This document shows, piece by piece, positions 36,808 through 50,209 of a DNA stretch of 64,000 nucleotides. The notes beneath the pieces are model-generated. The model ran no database searches. It had not been told where the DNA came from and worked only from the letters and a program-made list of their open reading frames with translations. The stretch is from Verrucomicrobiia bacterium. GTDB taxonomy: Bacteria; Verrucomicrobiota; Verrucomicrobiia; Palsa-1439. The stretch is from the NCBI GenBank assembly GCA_035515475.1, contig DATJBF010000070.1, forward strand, positions 3,228 to 67,227. The letters run 5' to 3'. The number at the start of each line of letters is the position of its first letter. Within the stretch, counting starts at the first letter, position 1. A program made the translations under genes and the position numbers.

Positions 36808-39092
36808 TGAAATCCCCCGCTTCTGAGAAGAATCATCGCATTTTGGTAATCGACGACAATCGGGCCATCCACGACGATTTCCGCAAAATACTCGGCGGCC
36901 CGACAACCGAGAGTCCGGACCTTGCCGAGGCGGAAACGGCGTTGTTTGGAGAACGGGCGCCAACGCTACAGCCGGCACGTTTTCAGATTGATTCTGCCTA
37001 TCAGGGACAAGAAGGACTGGCGGTGGTCCAGAAATCAGTCCAACTGAAGCAACCCTACGCGGTGGCGTTCGTGGACATCCGCATGCCGCCGGGCTGGGAT
37101 GGCGTAGAGACGACGCGGAAACTGTGGGAGGTCGACCCGGACCTTCAGGTGGTGATTTGCACGGCCCACTCCGATTATTCATGGGAAGACATCTGCAGAG
37201 AGATTGGCAACTCGGACCGGTTTCTCGTTCTCAAGAAGCCATTCGACACGGTCGAGGTGCTGCAGTTGGCGAATGCGTTGACGGAGAAATGGTGGCTGCA
37301 ACAAGAGGTGAAGCGGCAGGTAGATGAGCTGGAACTGAAGGTGGCGGAGCGCACGAAGGAATTGCGGGAAGCCAACGGCTTGCTCAAGAAGGAAGTGGTG
37401 GAGCGCACGGAGGCCGAGGACAGCTTACGCATCAAGACCGAGCAACTTCAGGCCATTACCGACGCCATGGTGGCATTCCTCCAGAGCGGCGACGAATGTC
37501 TGCCCAGCGAGATTCTCTTACGGAACGCCCTGCAGCAGACGGGCAGCGAATGCGGGTTTGTGGGGTTGGTCACCGATGGGCCGTCACTCCGCATCTTGGC
37601 CCAGGCGGGCTTGGGTTGGGAACCAACCAAGGACGGGAAACGGCTGGAGATCATCAATTTCAAGAATCTCTTCGGCGGCGTCATCACCAGCGGGCAGGCG
37701 GTCGTCTCCAACGAACCAGGCGCCGATTCCCCCTCCGCCGAGGGACTGCCAATTGGTACGACGTCCCTGCAGCGTTTTCTGGCGGTACCGGTCCTCAGTG
37801 GAACCCAGGTTGTCGGGATGATCAGCGTGGCCAATCGCCCCGATGCGTACGCCGGGCGCGAACAGAATAAAATCGGTGTTCTGGCGCGGGTAGCCGGTGT
37901 TTTGCTCGACAACTACCGGCGCAAGGAGCGGGAGGCGATTCTGGAGAAGCAGTTGCGGCAATCCCAGAAGGTCGAGGCCATTGGTCGACTCGCGGGTGGC
38001 GTGGCCCACGATTTCAACAACATTCTGACCGCCATTCTCGGCTACAGCGACTTGCTGCTGTTGCGAATGAAGGCCGACGATTCGCTCCACGGAAGCGTGG
38101 AGGAAATTCGCAACGCGGCCCAGCGCGCAGCGGCGTTGACCCGGCAACTGCTGGCGTTCAGTCGCAAACAGATTCTGGAGCCCAAGGTCGTCAACCTGAA
38201 CGATATTGTGCTCGACCTGAGCAAGATGTTGAGGCGCATGATCGGTGAAGACATCGAATTGATTACCCACGGGGCCTGGGACCTCGGGCGGACGAAAGTC
38301 GACCCGGGCCAGATCGAACAGGTCATCATTAACCTGGCCATCAATGCACGCGACGCCATGCCGCACGGTGGGAAGCTGACAATCGAGACTGCCAATGTGG
38401 CGTTGGACAGGGCAAGCACACTCCGTTTGGGCGACGTGGCCCCGGGCAAGTACGTCAGAGTTGCCGTCAGTGACACCGGCACGGGGATGACTCCCGAAGT
38501 TCAAGCCCGGCTCTTCGAGCCATTTTTCACGACCAAGGCAGAGGGGAAAGGCACAGGGTTGGGACTGGCAATGTGCTACGGCATCGTCAAACAAAGCGGC
38601 GGCCATATCACCGTTTATAGCGAGCCGGGCCACGGGACGGTCTTCAAAATCTATCTGCCCCGGATCGAGGAGGCGGCCGCCCCCGAAGCGAAGCAGGATC
38701 AATCGGGCGACCTGCCTCAGGGCAAGGAAACGATCCTTCTCGTCGAGGACGAAGCCGGCCTGCGCAAGCTGACGAAGTTGGTTCTCCAAGACCTCGGATA
38801 CACGATTCTGGAAGCGGCCAACGGTTGTGAAGCCCTCCGCATCGCCAAGGAACGGGACGGACGCGGGTTCGATCTCGTCTTTACCGACGTGGTAATGCCG
38901 CAGATGGGAGGCAAAGAACTGGCCGACCATATTCACTCCCTCCGGCCCGATGCCAAAGTGCTCTTCACTTCCGGGTACACGGAGGACGCGATTGTCGATC
39001 ATGGCGTTCTCAACGATGACGTGGCCTTTCTGCATAAGCCGTACACGCCCAACATACTCGCGTGCAAGCTGCGGGAGGTCTTGGATACTTGA
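36804..39092 (+). CDS. Hybrid kinase REC-GAF-HisKA-HATPase-REC
   Basis: 'ILVIDD', 'VDIRMP', H-box '[10 protein letters not shown]', '[14 protein letters not shown]', C-terminal REC. Confidence 0.92.
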   Translation: MMKSPASEKNHRILVIDDNRAIHDDFRKILGGPTTESPDLAEAETALFGERAPTLQPARFQIDSAYQGQEGLAVVQKSVQLKQPYAVAFVDIRMPPGWDGVETTRKLWEVDPDLQVVICTAHSDYSWEDICREIGNSDRFLVLKKPFDTVEVLQLANALTEKWWLQQEVKRQVDELELKVAERTKELREANGLLKKEVVERTEAEDSLRIKTEQLQAITDAMVAFLQSGDECLPSEILLRNALQQTGSECGFVGLVTDGPSLRILAQAGLGWEPTKDGKRLEIINFKNLFGGVITSGQAVVSNEPGADSPSAEGLPIGTTSLQRFLAVPVLSGTQVVGMISVANRPDAYAGREQNKIGVLARVAGVLLDNYRRKEREAILEKQLRQSQKVEAIGRLAGGVAHDFNNILTAILGYSDLLLLRMKADDSLHGSVEEIRNAAQRAAALTRQLLAFSRKQILEPKVVNLNDIVLDLSKMLRRMIGEDIELITHGAWDLGRTKVDPGQIEQVIINLAINARDAMPHGGKLTIETANVALDRASTLRLGDVAPGKYVRVAVSDTGTGMTPEVQARLFEPFFTTKAEGKGTGLGLAMCYGIVKQSGGHITVYSEPGHGTVFKIYLPRIEEAAAPEAKQDQSGDLPQGKETILLVEDEAGLRKLTKLVLQDLGYTILEAANGCEALRIAKERDGRGFDLVFTDVVMPQMGGKELADHIHSLRPDAKVLFTSGYTEDAIVDHGVLNDDVAFLHKPYTPNILACKLREVLDT

Positions 39093-39107
39093 CCGGGGTG
39101 GGAAGCC

Positions 39108-41357
39108 GTGAACAACTCGCTCACACAAAGTCTGCTGGAACAATCAGTCCTGCTGTTTCCGCCCGAGTGGATCAAGTCGGCGCTCGTGTTGGCCTTGATT
39201 ACCGTGTGGATGGTGATCGTGTTGTTCGCGTACTTGAACTACTCGATGCGGCGCCCACACCTGAGTATGTGGATCGTGTCCTGGATGCTGTATTCGGTGT
39301 ACTTGGCAGCGTCGATCGGGCTCGAGGACGCGCCCGGTACGCCGTTCCTCTTGATGGCCTCGCGCGGCTGTATCGGCATCAGTGCGATGTTCATGTTTTG
39401 GGGAAGCTTTCAGCTCACCGGCCACAAACGGGACCAGCGCGAACTGGCCTTGGGCACCATCATGGTCGTCGTGTGGAGTTACATCGCGGCGTACAAGGTG
39501 GGCGATGTGATGTGGATCACGTTTCCGGTGTTCCTGCTGCTCTCGCTCGCCGGGGTGTACACGGGCGTGTTGTATATGCGCCGCCGGCGCTCGCGGGGCG
39601 CCACAATCCTTGGGGTGGGGTTCTTGCTGTGGGGTGTCCATCTGATCGGGTTTCCGCTGGCCAGTGGATCGCAGGCTCTGATGTCCGGCGCGTATTTCAC
39701 GTCGGCCATCTTGTCGCTGCTGATCATCGTGGGAATGGTCCTGGAGGATGAAGTCAACATTTCCGAGCAGGATTATCGGGCACTGTTTGATTCATCGGGC
39801 GACGCGATCTTTCTGCTGGATTCCACCACGCTGGGGATTCGGGAAACCAATCTCGCGGCTCTGGTCTTTAGCGGGCTGGGCGCGACGGACCTGCGCAATC
39901 GGCGGTTCACAGATTTGTGCCCCGATCTGCTGCCTGCGCCAGCCGCGGCATGCGATCCGGAAATGATCCTCGCCCATATCAACGAGCCCGGCCGCGAGTT
40001 CCGCTTGCTGCGGCCCGATGGCGGTCTCCTCGTTTTCGAAGCGTGCGCGAGCCTGGTTCATTGCCCGCAGGGGCCGGTCCTGCAGGTCAATGTCCACGAC
40101 ATCACGCAGCGCAAGCGAACCGAGGAATCGCTCCGTGAGACTGCGCGCCAGCTCGAAAGCACGTTGACGGAACTGCGCGAGATGCAAAAGCAACTGATCC
40201 AGCAGGAGCGGCTGCGGGCGTTGGCGCAAATGGCCAGCGGCGTGGCGCACGATTTCAACAACGCCCTCGCCAAGATCCTTGGCTTCAACGAACTGTTACT
40301 TTCTTGGCCGGAGAACCTCGAGGACAAGGACAAGGTCAAGAAGTACCTGCAGATGACGAATACCGCAGCCCAAGAGGCGGTCAACATCGTCAATCGTCTG
40401 CGCGAGTTCTACCGTCATCGGAAGGAGACCGAAATTTACCAGCCGGTCAATCTCAACGAGGCTGTTCGGGAGGCCATCGAGTTGACGCAACCGAAGTGGA
40501 AGGATATCGGAATGGCCAGCGGCGCAACCATTCACATCCAAACGAGCCTGCAGGATGCAGTCAGCGTGTCCGGCAGTCCCGTGGATCTGCGTGAAACTGT
40601 CATGAACTTGATTCTGAACTCGGTTGACGCCATGCCGGACGGGGGCACGATTACCGTCACCACCCGGGCGGAGGACGAAACTGCGGTTTTGGAAGTGCGC
40701 GATACCGGCAAGGGCATGACCGAGGAAGTGCGCCAGAGATGTTTCGAGCCCCTGTTCACGACGAAGGGAGAACACGGCACGGGCTTGGGCTTGGCGATCG
40801 TCTACGGCATCTTGCAGCGCCATCACGGTTCGATTCAGATCGAGAGCGAGGTGGGCAAGGGCACCTGCGTCACCGTGCGCCTGCCGGCGTTGCGCGAAGC
40901 CGACACCCCAGTCTGCCCAACCCCAAATCTGTTCCGTGCGTTGCGCGTGCTGCTGGTTGAGGATGAATCGCAAGTGCGTGACATCGAGGCCGAGTATCTG
41001 CGCCGGGATGGACATTCGGTCGAAACGGCGGCCAACGGGCGAGAGGGCTTGGAGAAGTTCCGCCGCGGCCGGTTCGACTTGGTTGTCGCCGATCGCGCGA
41101 TGCCGGAAATGAACGGCGACAAAATGACCGAAGTCATCAAGCAATCTGCGCCAGCCACCCCGGTTATGATGGTAACTGGTTTTGCCGACCTGCCTTTGGA
41201 TCAGGCCGCTGGGAACCCGCGACCGGATCTGATTGTGCGAAAACCGATCACGCAGACGACTCTGCGCCAAGCCATTGCGCAAACGCTGGCCGCATCCGCT
41301 TCGCCACGGCCTGCGCCATCTCCAGAACAGGCCCGCGAGAAGTCAAGTGGAACATAA
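39108..41357 (+). CDS. Membrane-bound hybrid kinase (about 7 TM sensor)-PAS-HisKA-HATPase-REC
   Basis: Hydrophobic N-terminal ~210 aa, 'SGVAHDFNN', 'LFTTKG..GTGLGL', REC 'DRAMP'. Confidence 0.9.
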   Translation: MNNSLTQSLLEQSVLLFPPEWIKSALVLALITVWMVIVLFAYLNYSMRRPHLSMWIVSWMLYSVYLAASIGLEDAPGTPFLLMASRGCIGISAMFMFWGSFQLTGHKRDQRELALGTIMVVVWSYIAAYKVGDVMWITFPVFLLLSLAGVYTGVLYMRRRRSRGATILGVGFLLWGVHLIGFPLASGSQALMSGAYFTSAILSLLIIVGMVLEDEVNISEQDYRALFDSSGDAIFLLDSTTLGIRETNLAALVFSGLGATDLRNRRFTDLCPDLLPAPAAACDPEMILAHINEPGREFRLLRPDGGLLVFEACASLVHCPQGPVLQVNVHDITQRKRTEESLRETARQLESTLTELREMQKQLIQQERLRALAQMASGVAHDFNNALAKILGFNELLLSWPENLEDKDKVKKYLQMTNTAAQEAVNIVNRLREFYRHRKETEIYQPVNLNEAVREAIELTQPKWKDIGMASGATIHIQTSLQDAVSVSGSPVDLRETVMNLILNSVDAMPDGGTITVTTRAEDETAVLEVRDTGKGMTEEVRQRCFEPLFTTKGEHGTGLGLAIVYGILQRHHGSIQIESEVGKGTCVTVRLPALREADTPVCPTPNLFRALRVLLVEDESQVRDIEAEYLRRDGHSVETAANGREGLEKFRRGRFDLVVADRAMPEMNGDKMTEVIKQSAPATPVMMVTGFADLPLDQAAGNPRPDLIVRKPITQTTLRQAIAQTLAASASPRPAPSPEQAREKSSGT

Positions 41358-41395
41358 CCTGCTAAAATGGGCCGCGGAAGGGTGAAAGCAAGGTT

Positions 41396-41812
41396 ATGAT
41401 TAAGACCAAAGTTCTTATTGTCGATGATGATGTGGCCGCGAGCCGCTTACTCGCGCTGGGCTTGGAGAAAACCGGGGCCTTCGAGGTGATCGTGGAAAAC
41501 GTTGCCACGCGGGCGCTCGGCTCCGCGCGGCAATTCGGCCCCGATGTGATTTTCTTGGACGTGTGCATGCCGGGGGCTGACGGCGGCGATGTCGCCTTCC
41601 AAATTCACAGCGACCCTCGCCTAAGGGCAACGCCCATCATCTTCCTCACATCGCTCGTCTCGGGACGTGAAACGAACGCCCAGGCAGAGCGAGGTGGATA
41701 CGAGTTTCTCCCCAAACCTGCCAGCTTGGCAAAGGTTATTGCCTGCATCGACCGTCATCTGACGCGGCGAGCAGAGGCGTCCGGTGCCGTCCCGGCGGGC
41801 AAGCCTCACTGA
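41396..41812 (+). CDS. Single-domain response regulator
   Basis: 'VLIVDDD', 'FLDVCMP', 'TS', 'KP'. Confidence 0.9.
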   Translation: MIKTKVLIVDDDVAASRLLALGLEKTGAFEVIVENVATRALGSARQFGPDVIFLDVCMPGADGGDVAFQIHSDPRLRATPIIFLTSLVSGRETNAQAERGGYEFLPKPASLAKVIACIDRHLTRRAEASGAVPAGKPH

Positions 41813-42028
41813 TCCCCATCGCCGGTGCGGCGCGACATCGCGCCTCAGAAACCTTGGCACCATGGTGCCACATCGTCCACCGTTCTGGGACTGATCGCGT
41901 TCACGATTGTACGCGGGGGATGCCCCGGTTTCCAAGCGGGACAAAGTCCTCGGGCGATGCAGGCTTGCGGGCGGCCACTCACGCGAGTCTTTCGCAATTT
42001 CCGATGAGTGCCCCCGAGATCGGTACCG

Positions 42029-42044
42029 TGGCACTGACGCTGCT
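42029..42044 (+). promoter_or_regulatory. Putative sigma54 (-24/-12) promoter
   Basis: TGGCAC-TGACG-CTGCT with correct GG-N10-GC spacing, ~100 nt before ATG 42146. Confidence 0.45.
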
Positions 42045-42145
42045 TTTGATAGCCGTCATGGACTGGCGCCCGCGCTGTCGTGACGAGCGACTTGACCATC
42101 GACAAGACGGGGCCTCGGTGAACGGATGAAACGACAGGCTTGAAA

Positions 42146-44808
<2,663 letters not shown>

Positions 44809-44821
<13 letters not shown>

Positions 44822-45423
44822 TTGCCGAAGATGATGCCGTGTCGCGACGGGTGTTGGAGGCCACGCTGGCCAAGTGGGGTTACGAGGTGGTTGTGACCAC
44901 CGATGGCCAGCAGGCGCTCGAGCAGTTAATGCACCCCGATGCCCCGTCGTTGGCCGTGCTGGACTGGATGATGCCGGGTTTGGATGGCTCGGAGGTGTGT
45001 CGTCAAGCCCGTCAAGCACGGGGCGACCGCTTGTTGTACCTGATTTTGCTCACGGCCAAAGGCCGCAAAGAAGACGTTGTCGAAGGATTGACCGCGGGGG
45101 CGGACGACTATGTCGTCAAACCGTTTGATCGGGCCGAATTGAAGGCCCGCCTCAACGTCGGCGAGCGCATCCTGCGGTTGCAGGCGGAACTGGCCACGCG
45201 CGTGAAGGAACTCGAACTCGCGCTCTCCAAAGTCAAATTGCTGCAGGGTCTGCTGCCGATTTGTTGTTACTGCAAGAAAATCCGTGACGACCAGAACTAC
45301 TGGCGGCAGGTCGAAGCGTACGTCTCCTCCCATTCGGAAGCGCAGTTCACCCACGCGATTTGCCCGGAGTGCCGGGCGAACATCGTCGAGCCCGAGTTGG
45401 ATCGTCTCAAGTCCGAACGGTGA
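44809..45423 (+). CDS. Response regulator with Cys/His-rich C-terminal domain
   Basis: REC 'DWMMP'; tail '[19 protein letters not shown]...HS...FTHAICPEC'. Confidence 0.9.
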
Positions 45424-45456
45424 CCGCTGGCTGGCGTCGCTGGCACTCTGGTTGCG

Positions 45457-46464
45457 TCAGTGACAGTTCTGCGCGAAACTCGCCGTCAACTCGTCGGGCG
45501 AACACGTGGCGGTGCCGATCTTGCCGACGACCACACCCGCCGCATGGTTGGAAATCTCCGCCGCCTCGACGGGATTCGCCCCCGCCGCGAGCGCCAATGC
45601 CAACGTCGCGATGACCGTGTCGCCCGCGCCGGACACGTCGAACACTTGTTGGGCCACCGTCGGGATGTGGTGCGGTTTGTGGCCGGGGCGGAACAAACAC
45701 ATGCCATGTTCCCCCAGCGTAACGAGCAGGTTTTGGACGGCCCATTTCTTGAGCAGCAGATCGCCCACCACCTTCAACGGCTCGTCCGAAAGAACATCGT
45801 CAGTCGGCTCGGCATACGGCACTCCGGCGGCAGCAAAGGCCTCCTGACGATTGGGAGTGATGGCCGTGATCTTGCCATAGTCGAGGACCCGTCGTGAGTT
45901 CGGATCGGCAGCGGTGATGATCCCCTTGGGGAAGGCGAGTTCCAGCATTTTGCCGAACAAATCCTGCGTGAACACTCCCTTGGCGTAATCTTCGAAGACC
46001 ACCGCCTTCACTTGCGGCACTGCCTGGAGAAAATGGTGGAACAACCTGTCTTGAGTTGCCCGGGCAATCGGTGCGCTGTTTTCCCGGTCGAACCGGACCA
46101 CCTGCTGATTGTGTGCCACGATGCGCGTTTTGAGCGAGGTGGGCCGGGATGGGTCAACCGTCAGACCGGCGGTCTCGATCTCTTGTTCGTCGAGCAATTC
46201 CCGGAGCTTGCGTCCGGCATCATCTTCACCAACGACGCCGATGATTCGCACCGTGGCCCCGAGCGCGCGCAGATTGCGGGCGACATTCGCCGCTCCACCC
46301 GGGAAATACGACTCTCGCGTAACCTCCACCACGGGGACCGGAGCTTCTGGCGAGATGCGCGAGACCCGGCCCCAGAGGAAATGATCCAGCATGACGTCGC
46401 CGACGACCACAATCGTTTGTTTGGGAAAGCGGTTCAGAACCTCTTGGAGTCGATCACGCGTCAT
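45457..46464 (-). CDS. rfaE1: D-glycero-beta-D-manno-heptose-7-phosphate kinase (stand-alone HldE kinase domain)
   Basis: 'VGDVMLD', 'RISPEAPVPV', 'GGAANVA.N', 'DVSGAGDT' (PfkB fold). Confidence 0.92.
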   Translation of the reverse strand: MTRDRLQEVLNRFPKQTIVVVGDVMLDHFLWGRVSRISPEAPVPVVEVTRESYFPGGAANVARNLRALGATVRIIGVVGEDDAGRKLRELLDEQEIETAGLTVDPSRPTSLKTRIVAHNQQVVRFDRENSAPIARATQDRLFHHFLQAVPQVKAVVFEDYAKGVFTQDLFGKMLELAFPKGIITAADPNSRRVLDYGKITAITPNRQEAFAAAGVPYAEPTDDVLSDEPLKVVGDLLLKKWAVQNLLVTLGEHGMCLFRPGHKPHHIPTVAQQVFDVSGAGDTVIATLALALAAGANPVEAAEISNHAAGVVVGKIGTATCSPDELTASFAQNCH

Positions 46465-47402
46465 GGCAATTGCTCCACGGTTGCGGCCGCCCAGAGCGGG
46501 ACCAGAAGTTCGTGATGGCCGATGATGTAGTAGCCTTGTCCACCCTTGTGGGTTGGACGGCGCACGACGTTTTCCATCGGGCGATAGTGGCGTACCATGT
46601 CGAAGGTGACGGTCGTAAAGTTCTCGACTTTGTGGCCCAGGTTGCGGGCAATGGTCAGGGCCTTGAGGAACACTTCGGGCAGGATGACGGCCGAGCCGAT
46701 GTTGAGTACGATGCCGCCCTCGAGTCGGGCGACGACCGCGGCGAATTTCTGGAAATCGAGATACGTGGCTTCCCCCAATACGCTGCCGTCGGTAGTCGGA
46801 TGCTGGTGAATGATGTCCGTCCCAACGGCGATGTGGACGGTGACGGGAACGTCGCTCGCGATGCCCTGATGGAGGATGCTCAGTTCGCGGTTCCGAAACT
46901 GGCCCGAGACGATCGCCTCGCCGAGCGCGCGGCCCGCGCCGATCCCCTGTGTCACACCGGCAGCCAGCGCCTGGTTCATCAGTCGCCCGGTCTCGTCAAT
47001 CATGCCGAAGCTGCCGTCGTCGAGTCCGCGTTGAACGTCTTCGCTGGTCTCGCCGATGTAGGCCAGTTCGAAGTCGTGGATCGCGCCCGCGCCGTTGAAT
47101 GCGACCGCGCTGACGACGCCGCGTTTGATCAGGTCGACGAAAACTGGATTGAGACCACACTTGATGGTGTGGGCGCCCATCATGACCACGACGGGCCTGT
47201 GGTTGCGCACCGCCGCCACGGTGCCGCCGACGACCGCGCGGAAATCGTTGCCGACGAGAAGGCGCGGCAACGAATCGACAAACTGCGCAAAACTGCCGCG
47301 GGCGCTCCACGCGCGGGCCAACTCGTTCAGATGCACCTTGTTGGGGCGCTCGCGAATGGGGTAGGTGTGGACACGGCTGAAATCGAGCGGGGGAAACTCC
47401 AT
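46461..47402 (-). CDS. Conserved hypothetical protein, probable DHS-like NAD-binding fold
   Basis: 'GAH.IK.GL', 'NGAGAIHDFE', 'ETSEDV', 'GSAVILPEVFLK', 'GHHE'; 4-nt overlap with rfaE1. Confidence 0.6.
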   Translation of the reverse strand: MEFPPLDFSRVHTYPIRERPNKVHLNELARAWSARGSFAQFVDSLPRLLVGNDFRAVVGGTVAAVRNHRPVVVMMGAHTIKCGLNPVFVDLIKRGVVSAVAFNGAGAIHDFELAYIGETSEDVQRGLDDGSFGMIDETGRLMNQALAAGVTQGIGAGRALGEAIVSGQFRNRELSILHQGIASDVPVTVHIAVGTDIIHQHPTTDGSVLGEATYLDFQKFAAVVARLEGGIVLNIGSAVILPEVFLKALTIARNLGHKVENFTTVTFDMVRHYRPMENVVRRPTHKGGQGYYIIGHHELLVPLWAAATVEQLP

Positions 47403-47403
47403 G

Positions 47404-48246
47404 TCAGCGTCCCGATGCGAGGGGCCCGCCGCGCGACGACGCCGATGTGGTCGCAGTCGCACCGGCAGGTCCGTTTGTCGTTGCCGATGAAGGGGTGGTC
47501 GAAGCGACGCTGTAGAGGACCAGCTTGGCGTTGCCAAATCGCAACTCCGAGTTGACGAGCAATGGCAAGCGACGCTCGTCGTCGCTCACCCAAAACCACA
47601 ACCTTCCGTTGTTGGCCGCGACGATTTTCAGGGTCGGATTCGGCTCGATGCGCAAGGCCTCGACGTCTCCAACGGGCCGCAGCCAGATCTCCTTGCGCTC
47701 ATCGGGGCGAATGGTGACGACGTAGTTCGTATCGCTGGCGTTGAGCACGAACGTTTGCTCGGCATCGAGCATCAGCTTTTGGGCACGCACGAAGTACACC
47801 GACGAAACAACGTCCTGAACGGGCTGTTCGAGCGGGACACGCTTCTTCCGTCCCCACTTGTTCTTCGTGATCGCTTCCATGTGTTCATAATCATACCGCG
47901 TCTCATCATTCGTGACGTGCTTGCCCTCACTGCGGTGCTGTCGGTACCGGCGCGTGAACAACTCCCGACAATCCAGCCAGCTTTCCGCGGTGCTGTCCAC
48001 CGGGAACAACCATTCCGCCAACCCGCTGGTCTTGGCCTTCGCAATCAGGTGATAGCAATCGTGGTCGTCCACCTTCTCGACGTCGGCCACCTCCAACGAC
48101 GCCCGTCCCACCACGAACGGCCCCCAGAAGATCTGGTAGGTCAACTTTTCCCCGACCCGAAACGGCACGAGCGGGCCAATCCGGGCCGACGCCGCGCCCG
48201 ACGACGCCAGAAGCAGCCCGAGAATTGCCATGGTTGTCTTCACCAT
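47404..48246 (-). CDS. DUF3108 domain secreted protein
   Basis: Signal peptide; 'GEKLTY.I.WG....G.A.L', 'W.SDD.RRLPL'. Confidence 0.8.
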   Translation of the reverse strand: MVKTTMAILGLLLASSGAASARIGPLVPFRVGEKLTYQIFWGPFVVGRASLEVADVEKVDDHDCYHLIAKAKTSGLAEWLFPVDSTAESWLDCRELFTRRYRQHRSEGKHVTNDETRYDYEHMEAITKNKWGRKKRVPLEQPVQDVVSSVYFVRAQKLMLDAEQTFVLNASDTNYVVTIRPDERKEIWLRPVGDVEALRIEPNPTLKIVAANNGRLWFWVSDDERRLPLLVNSELRFGNAKLVLYSVASTTPSSATTNGPAGATATTSASSRGGPLASGR

Positions 48247-48353
48247 CCTTAGCCGCTGCGGAGTATAGAAACGCGCTTCTCAGGTTACAACGAAAAAGCC
48301 TGTCGTCCGACCGCCATTGTGCGCCCGTCTCCCGACCGCGCACAACCGGGCGG

Positions 48354-48737
48354 TCACCTCCGGCAACACACCTCCAACTTGTTGCCCTCCGGGTCTTCGA
48401 AAAACACCGCGTAATAATCCGGCTCCTCGTACACTTCCGGCCCCTCGATGTTCTTCGCGCCGGCTTTCCGGGCGACTCCGGCGATGCGATCGACTTCCGC
48501 GCGGGTCTCCGCCCAGAACGCGATGCGCGTTCCGTTCGGCGTGTGGTCCGGATCGTGCGTGAACCCGAAGAATTCGGCCGGCCTGCCGTCCTTGCGCGGC
48601 GCTTCGTAGCTCACCCAATCCGTGATTTTCTGGTCGACCGTGAACCCCAGGGCATTCAGCACCGGCACATAAAACTTCTTCGCCCGCGCCACATCCTTTA
48701 CCCGCAAATCAATGTGATCGAACAGGCGGGATTTCAT
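48354..48737 (-). CDS. VOC/glyoxalase family protein
   Basis: 'FDHIDLRV', 'IAF.A..R..VD', 'YYAVFFEDPEGNKLE'. Confidence 0.9.
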   Translation of the reverse strand: MKSRLFDHIDLRVKDVARAKKFYVPVLNALGFTVDQKITDWVSYEAPRKDGRPAEFFGFTHDPDHTPNGTRIAFWAETRAEVDRIAGVARKAGAKNIEGPEVYEEPDYYAVFFEDPEGNKLEVCCRR

Positions 48738-48785
48738 GGCGCCACCTGATAGGCCGGCCTCTCGTTATTCACAAGATTCTTATCC

Positions 48786-50081
48786 TTACGCTTTGAAATC
48801 GATCACTTCCTTCTTCCATCCTTTCGGACAGAGTACGGTTTCGCCAGGGGTCGTGCGGGCGACAATCTGGCCGCGGCGAATGACGAGCAGGCGCGGGGCG
48901 ATGCGACGGAGGGCGTCGCATTCGGTCTCGGCGTCCAGCAGCACGAGGTCGGCGGGGTTGCCCAGCGCAATGCCATAGTCTCTTGCCGTCGCGCCGAATG
49001 CTTTCGCGGGATTCTTGGTGATCATGTCCCAGACTAGCGGGAGTTCGCTGGCGCCGCTCATTTGGCCGTAGTGAATCCAGACAAACGCGACCTGGACCGG
49101 ATCGCCGACGCCGAGCGGATACCACGGGTCCATGATCGAATCGTGGCCGATGCCGACGTTGACGCCGGCGGCCAGCAATTCCTTGACGCGCGTGTGTCCG
49201 CGCCGTTTCGGATACGTATCGAACCGGCCTTGCAGGACGGAGTTGTCGCATGGATTGGTGACAATGTGCAGGGCCGCGCGTTTGATGAGGCGGATGAGTT
49301 TGAACGCGTACGCGTTATCCACGCTGTGCATTGAGGTGGTGTGACTGGCGGTCACGCGACCGCGGAGACCCCGCCTGATCGTCTCGGCAGCGAGGACTTC
49401 GGTGAAACGCGAATTCGGGTCGTCGGTCTCGTCGATGTGCAGATCCAGCGGCTTGTGAAATCGTTGGGCGAGGTCGCAGGCAAATTCCACGTCCGCCACG
49501 CCGTCGTCGCGGGTCATCTCATGATGCGGGATGCCGCCGACGAGGTCGCAGCCGAGTTCCAGCGCGCGTTCCATGAGGGTTTCGCCGTTCGGGAACGCAT
49601 AGATGCCGTCCTGCGGGAAGGCCACGAGCTGGACATCCACCAGCCCGGCAAAATCCTTCTTCACTTCCAGCAGGGCTTTGACGGCGGTAAGTTCGGGGTC
49701 GCAGACGTCCACATGACTGCGGATGCGCGTGACGCCATGGGCCAATTCCCATTTGACGGCGAGCGTGGCGCGGCGTTTCACGTCGTCGGCCGTGAGCGCC
49801 TTCTTGCGGTCGGTCCAAATCTCGATGCCTTCGATGAGTGTGCCGCTTTGGTTGAAGCGGGGCTGACCAACCGTCAGCACGGCGTCGAGGTGGACGTGGA
49901 TATCGGTGAACGGTGGGGAGACGAGCTTGCCGGAGCAATCGATGACTTGCCGGCCACGGTGAGACGGGCCGCGCGCCCGTTTGCCTGTCGGTGCGATGGA
50001 GGCGACGACGCCGTTGTTGACGGCAATGTCGACGGGCTTGTCGTGGTCGCGCACGCGCGCATTGCGTAGGATCAGGTCCAT
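48786..50081 (-). CDS. codA: Cytosine deaminase (amidohydrolase family)
   Basis: 'H.HLD', 'R.HVD', 'VAFPQDG', 'GGIPH', 'H.DE.DD', 'SH', 'G.D...DPWYPLG'. Confidence 0.9.
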   Translation of the reverse strand: MDLILRNARVRDHDKPVDIAVNNGVVASIAPTGKRARGPSHRGRQVIDCSGKLVSPPFTDIHVHLDAVLTVGQPRFNQSGTLIEGIEIWTDRKKALTADDVKRRATLAVKWELAHGVTRIRSHVDVCDPELTAVKALLEVKKDFAGLVDVQLVAFPQDGIYAFPNGETLMERALELGCDLVGGIPHHEMTRDDGVADVEFACDLAQRFHKPLDLHIDETDDPNSRFTEVLAAETIRRGLRGRVTASHTTSMHSVDNAYAFKLIRLIKRAALHIVTNPCDNSVLQGRFDTYPKRRGHTRVKELLAAGVNVGIGHDSIMDPWYPLGVGDPVQVAFVWIHYGQMSGASELPLVWDMITKNPAKAFGATARDYGIALGNPADLVLLDAETECDALRRIAPRLLVIRRGQIVARTTPGETVLCPKGWKKEVIDFKA

Positions 50082-50209
50082 GGAGCGCTTCCGCTGGAGC
50101 CATTGTAACCCGCGGTTTGCCGGGCGGAAGCCAATTTTAAAAAGCGTTGACGGTGGTGGGCGATGGTGTTATCACCGAAGCAAATGCAAGGAGGAGGCCG
50201 TCTGCAATT

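Noticed and set aside
37584-39143. 519-aa minus-strand ORF
   Set aside because: Mirror frame of the hybrid kinase; typical GC-rich non-coding open frame
41855-41870. TGGCAC palindrome as a sigma54 promoter itself
   Set aside because: GG-to-GC spacing is N9, not the required N10
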